A DNA stretch of 29,957 nt from an archaeon (GTDB lineage: Archaea; Undinarchaeota; CAZHTU01; JBDRCC01): the NCBI GenBank assembly GCA_043822065.1, contig JBDRCC010000013.1, positions 1 through 29,957 of the forward strand, written 5' to 3'. The notes beneath the pieces were generated by a model. It saw only the letters and a program-made list of their open reading frames with translations, did no database searches and was not told the origin of the DNA. Below, in pieces: positions 26,574-29,957 of this stretch; position 1 is the stretch's first letter; every line of letters begins with the position of its first letter. Made by a program: the position numbers and the translations under genes.

Positions 26574-27750
26574 CTTTCATCAACTCTTCCAAAAGCACTG
26601 TCGCATAGGAGCCTGCTGGAATCTCAAATTCTGCCACGCGGTCCTTGCCAGAGGATATGACGTTAAAATTCTTAAAGCTTAGCATTGCCTCGCGCCTTAT
26701 GCCTTTGCCGCTAGCTTCAGGGATGGATTTTATCCTGAAGTCTTCGAGTGCCAGGCCCTCCTGTTCGAGAGCCTTTTTCTCGATTTCCCCGGCTTGGCCG
26801 CCCAGGAGCTTGCAGTCATAGCCGTAGACGGGGCAAGTAAGCGGGGCATCATCGCCGTCCAGCTTTGTTCCGACACCGAGCTTTACACGCTCCGAGAGGA
26901 CAAGATTAAACAAGTAAGACTGGTAGGCATGGACGAACATCTTGAACAGCCCCTTCGGGAGCCGGCGGAGGGCGTTGGCGTAGTCGTTCGGGTGGATGGA
27001 AAGGTGGCTGAGGAGAGTCCTTTCCGGACGTGAATTTATGGGAAACTTGTCAAGCGCGGCCTTGAACTCGCCCCAGTTTTCGGAGAGCCATATGCGAGCC
27101 TCACGGCTTTTTTCCCCTTCGGAAGGCGTGGACTCCGCAAGGTAGATGCGCACCGCCTCTTCCAGGTTGCCCTTCAGGATTTGCTTTCCGACCGAGTGTG
27201 AATTCAGGCGGGCGCCAAACCGTTGTATTCCGTAGAAATTGGGTATGCCTTTTTCAGCCTCCGTGAGGAACTCTGAGACTGTGTCACGCTCAATATCCCG
27301 TATGCGTATTGTGAATCTGTTTCCGCTGTGGTCGCCCAGTTCCATCCTCTTTTCTGACAGGAATGCGTCGTATACCCATAACCCGCCTGCGCCAAAGCGG
27401 TAGAGCTTTTGGAGGTCTATTTTCCATGCGCAGAGGCGCTGGGCAGTCACTGCAAACTTGTCCTTTGTGCCGGCGTATGAAAAGCGCTTTCTTGAGACGT
27501 TGCAGAAGTCGGCAAGGTAGCGTATTGCCTTGAAGGAGTCCCAATCCTTTTTTTCAAGGGTGAACCAGATGTAGTCGCCCGTTCCGGTTAGCTCCCCTTT
27601 GGGCATTTCCTTGCCGCGGAAGTTTTTTGCCTCAACAACACCATCGTCCCAGACCTCCTCAACGACGAAGTCTTCCGGCTCGGATTTAATCCTGCCGCCA
27701 GTCCCTTTGGATTTTGTGGCGTAGCAAAGAATGCCTATCTTGTCAAGCAT
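26536..27750 (-). CDS. truD: tRNA pseudouridine(13) synthase TruD
   Basis: 'IKSEPEDFVVEE', 'YAGTKDKFAVTAQ', 'GNRFTIRIR', 'NFYGIQRFG', 'HAYQSYLFN', 'PAGSYAT'. Confidence 0.95.
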   Translation of the reverse strand: MLDKIGILCYATKSKGTGGRIKSEPEDFVVEEVWDDGVVEAKNFRGKEMPKGELTGTGDYIWFTLEKKDWDSFKAIRYLADFCNVSRKRFSYAGTKDKFAVTAQRLCAWKIDLQKLYRFGAGGLWVYDAFLSEKRMELGDHSGNRFTIRIRDIERDTVSEFLTEAEKGIPNFYGIQRFGARLNSHSVGKQILKGNLEEAVRIYLAESTPSEGEKSREARIWLSENWGEFKAALDKFPINSRPERTLLSHLSIHPNDYANALRRLPKGLFKMFVHAYQSYLFNLVLSERVKLGVGTKLDGDDAPLTCPVYGYDCKLLGGQAGEIEKKALEQEGLALEDFRIKSIPEASGKGIRREAMLSFKNFNVISSGKDRVAEFEIPAGSYATVLLEELMKVGATQKKETQSD

Positions 27751-27755
27751 AGTGT

Positions 27756-28520
27756 CTATTTCGGTGTCTTCCGCCCGGAAGATTTCTTAGGTTGCGTTGG
27801 GCGGTCCCACACAAGCTTGACTTCCTTGAGCCGCTCCGGCGTCCCAACGTCAAACCAGGGGCCGGAGTATTTGTAGCAGTAGAGGCTGCCCTCGGCGGCG
27901 AGTTTTGGAAATACTTTGTATTCTATCATTGACCTGCCCTGCGGGACGTAGTCAAGGACTGCCGGGTCAAGAAGGTAAAATCCTGCGTTTATCAGGTTCG
28001 ATGGCGCCTGCTCCCGCAGGGGTTTTTCAACGAATTCGGTTATGCGGTCGCTGTTGTCTTCGGCAAGCCTTGCCACCCCGTAGCTTGAAGGGTCTTCCAC
28101 GCGGACAAGGGTTATGGTCGCCTTGGCAGAGTATTTCTGGTGTATGCCTTTGAGGGTGGAAACCGGGATTTTTGACATGACGTCGCCGTTGAGCATAAGA
28201 AATGGGGATGACAGCTTTCCGCGGAGAAGGTTCAGTGGTCCGGCTGTGCCGAGGGGCTCGTTCTCCTCGAGGTATTCTATCTTGACTCCCCATTTTCTCC
28301 CGTCGCCGAAATAGTGCATTACTTTTTCCTTTAGGTAGCCGACAGAAAAGTAGAAATGGGTTATTCCCTGCGAGATTAGGTGCTTCAGGATGTGCTCAGT
28401 TATCGGCGTGCCCTGGACCGGGATAAGGGCTTTTGGAGTGGTTAGTGTGATGGGCCTGAGGCGTGTCGCCTGGCCGCCGACCAGGAGAAGGGCGGTGTTG
28501 ACCTGGAGAGGGGTTCCCAT
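27756..28520 (-). CDS. Sugar-1-phosphate nucleotidyltransferase (NTP_transferase, mannose-1-phosphate guanylyltransferase-like)
   Basis: 'LLVGGQATRLRPITLTTPKALIPV', 'EPLGTAG', 'LNGDV', 'FVEKP', 'INAGFY', 'WFDVGT'. Confidence 0.9.
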   Translation of the reverse strand: MGTPLQVNTALLLVGGQATRLRPITLTTPKALIPVQGTPITEHILKHLISQGITHFYFSVGYLKEKVMHYFGDGRKWGVKIEYLEENEPLGTAGPLNLLRGKLSSPFLMLNGDVMSKIPVSTLKGIHQKYSAKATITLVRVEDPSSYGVARLAEDNSDRITEFVEKPLREQAPSNLINAGFYLLDPAVLDYVPQGRSMIEYKVFPKLAAEGSLYCYKYSGPWFDVGTPERLKEVKLVWDRPTQPKKSSGRKTPK

Positions 28521-28541
28521 ATCCTAAAGATTGCGAAGAAC

Positions 28542-28690
28542 GTATATAACTTTGTCGGAAAACTTAATTTTTGCCGAGCGGAGCGAGGGCTATGGTAGTT
28601 TTCTTTTTCGCCAATGTTTTTCTTTTTCTAAAAGAAAAAGGTTGTTTAACTTTGTCGGAAAACTTAAATAGGTTTCAATTCTAAGAGGTG
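28542..28690. promoter_or_regulatory. Divergent BRE/TATA promoters and SD
   Basis: Minus-strand TTATATAC (28542-28549), 21 nt before ATG 28520. Plus-strand CGGAAAA-CTTAAATA (ending 28670), 22 nt before ATG 28693. GAGGTG at 28685-28690. Confidence 0.55.
28547..28667 (+). repeat. Exact 21-bp direct repeat TAACTTTGTCGGAAAACTTAA (28547-28567 and 28647-28667) flanking 79 bp that include a hairpin
   Basis: Two identical copies exactly 100 bp apart. The interior has CCGAGCGGAGCGAGGG and the inverted repeat CTTTTTCT-AAA-AGAAAAAG (28622-28640). Confidence 0.9.
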
Positions 28691-28692
28691 GC

Positions 28693-29595
28693 ATGCGGGG
28701 TTATTTAGCCATACTGCTTGCAGTTTTGGTTTTAGGCTGTGTTAGCGACGGCGCTCCGTCCCAGCCTGGGACGGTAAACGTCAAGGACACGTTCAATCCG
28801 CAGCTCCCGAGCCCGGATGGGTACTACATCAACACAATACTCTATATCGAGACGCCCTCGGAAAATCTCGACAAGACAACATATAAGGTGGAGCAGGGCG
28901 TGTACCTAGGCGAAGAGCTCGAGCCGTTTATTTATACCAAGCAGTGGCTCAGGGAGGGGGCGAAATTTGACTTCGCAGGCCTCCAGACTAGGGACATTGC
29001 TGGGATAACCGCGTATCTAGATTATAGGGATGTCATACCCATGGTGTCTGCCCAGCCCTACAATATACTATGGGTGTCTGGCAACGTTGTCCACGCGATT
29101 AGCGGATTCAACCAGTCAGTTTCCATAAATTCTGCAGAGGCAGTCCTGGGCACCACTAAGCTGGCGAACGCAGCAGAGCTGGAGTTCGCAGACATAATCA
29201 GAATGCTGCCAGACCCGGCGGAAGGGTGGAACCTGTATATGGTAACGCCAGGAATGTATTTGTCCAGCTATACAAATACGGTTGGGTATTACATACGGGA
29301 GGTGACCAACGAGACGCGCGAGACTATGGAGGTCTTGGTGGTGGAGGGGGACGGCTCGGTAAGGTATATTGAGGGCAAAATAAACTCGCTGGAGAACAGG
29401 AAAGGCGCGACCATGAACGGCAAGGCTGTCTATGAGGGCTCAGGCATGGGCATATTCGGGCCAGACTACAAGATGGTATATTTCTCAGAGAGCCGGAACA
29501 CAGGTATGGTTGTTTCCATCCCGCTTGAGAACAAGGACTCGCCAGTGCTTGAAGAGACGTTTATAAGAGGGATAAGCCAGATTGAGTCTCAGTAA
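28693..29595 (+). CDS. Putative secreted lipoprotein, hypothetical
   Basis: Signal peptide 'MRGYLAILLAVLVLGC' ending in an LGC lipobox. Acidic soluble body with NQS and NET sequons. Confidence 0.7.
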   Translation: MRGYLAILLAVLVLGCVSDGAPSQPGTVNVKDTFNPQLPSPDGYYINTILYIETPSENLDKTTYKVEQGVYLGEELEPFIYTKQWLREGAKFDFAGLQTRDIAGITAYLDYRDVIPMVSAQPYNILWVSGNVVHAISGFNQSVSINSAEAVLGTTKLANAAELEFADIIRMLPDPAEGWNLYMVTPGMYLSSYTNTVGYYIREVTNETRETMEVLVVEGDGSVRYIEGKINSLENRKGATMNGKAVYEGSGMGIFGPDYKMVYFSESRNTGMVVSIPLENKDSPVLEETFIRGISQIESQ

Positions 29596-29948
29596 AGCGG
29601 AAGGCTGCCGGTAATCCTGTCAATTTCTTTCCCGTCAGCTGGGCCAATGGCAAGGGCAGTTAGCGTACCCGGCTCCAGCTCTGTCCTGCCGGCATCCTCG
29701 ATAATGGCGCTGCAGAGCCCAGCCATTTCTGCCTTTTTGTGCAGCTCCCTGAGGCTGCTTTCGCTCCTAGCGGAGACAACTACCTTCTTCTGCCCGCTCT
29801 CGAGCCATTTGGAGGCCGCCTCCTGGCTTGACTTCTTGCACTGGATGAAAGCCGAAACTGACGCGTGCGAGGCCTGTGCTGACGACTTCCCTTTTGACAT
29901 CTTAAGGTCAGACCTCAGGACGATGACCTGCTTGACTTCGCCATACAT
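29589..29948 (-). CDS. pth2: Peptidyl-tRNA hydrolase Pth2
   Basis: 'KQVIVLRSDLKMSKGK..AQASHA', 'WLESGQKKVVV', 'DAGRTELEPGTLTALAIGP'. Confidence 0.95.
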   Translation of the reverse strand: MYGEVKQVIVLRSDLKMSKGKSSAQASHASVSAFIQCKKSSQEAASKWLESGQKKVVVSARSESSLRELHKKAEMAGLCSAIIEDAGRTELEPGTLTALAIGPADGKEIDRITGSLPLY

Positions 29949-29957
29949 TGCGGAATT

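Noticed and set aside
28547-28667. Mini CRISPR array
   Set aside because: Only two repeats, 21 bp long with a 79-bp spacer, no cas genes, and the repeat coincides with promoter elements.
1-29957. Diversity-generating retroelement, transposase or integrase driving the variation
   Set aside because: No reverse transcriptase, transposase or recombinase ORF, and no template/variable repeat pair was seen in the window.

Overview
Archaeal chromosomal region. The archaeal call rests on AglB/STT3, Pth2, TATA/BRE promoters about 20-25 nt upstream of start codons and GAGGTG/GGTGA-type Shine-Dalgarno sites. The tight gene packing suggests a DPANN-like organism, which is inference only. The right end holds housekeeping genes: pth2, a lipoprotein, a sugar-phosphate nucleotidyltransferase and truD. 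Next is the oligosaccharyltransferase aglB, followed by at least 24 kb of surface-glycan genes that run off the left edge. Standard parts are 2 GT4, 2 GT2, a Wzx-type flippase, an LPG-synthase-TM/flippase-like protein and 2 GT-C (ArnT/PMT-like) transferases. The cluster is unusually rich in tailoring enzymes: four cobalamin-binding radical SAM proteins, three class I SAM methyltransferases, a nitroreductase-methyltransferase fusion, an alpha/alpha-toroid protein, and a Pol-beta-type nucleotidyltransferase coupled to an alkaline-phosphatase-superfamily enzyme. This looks like an uncharacterised B12/radical-SAM glycan (or lipid) modification system. The locus also shows decay: one GT-C gene has two in-frame stops 21 nt apart, and a divergent deacetylase / ATP-grasp pair is truncated. 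An exact 21-bp direct repeat with 100-bp spacing duplicates the core of a divergent promoter near 28.6 kb. No RNA genes, CRISPR arrays or transposases were seen. All product calls come from motif recognition by eye, not database searches.
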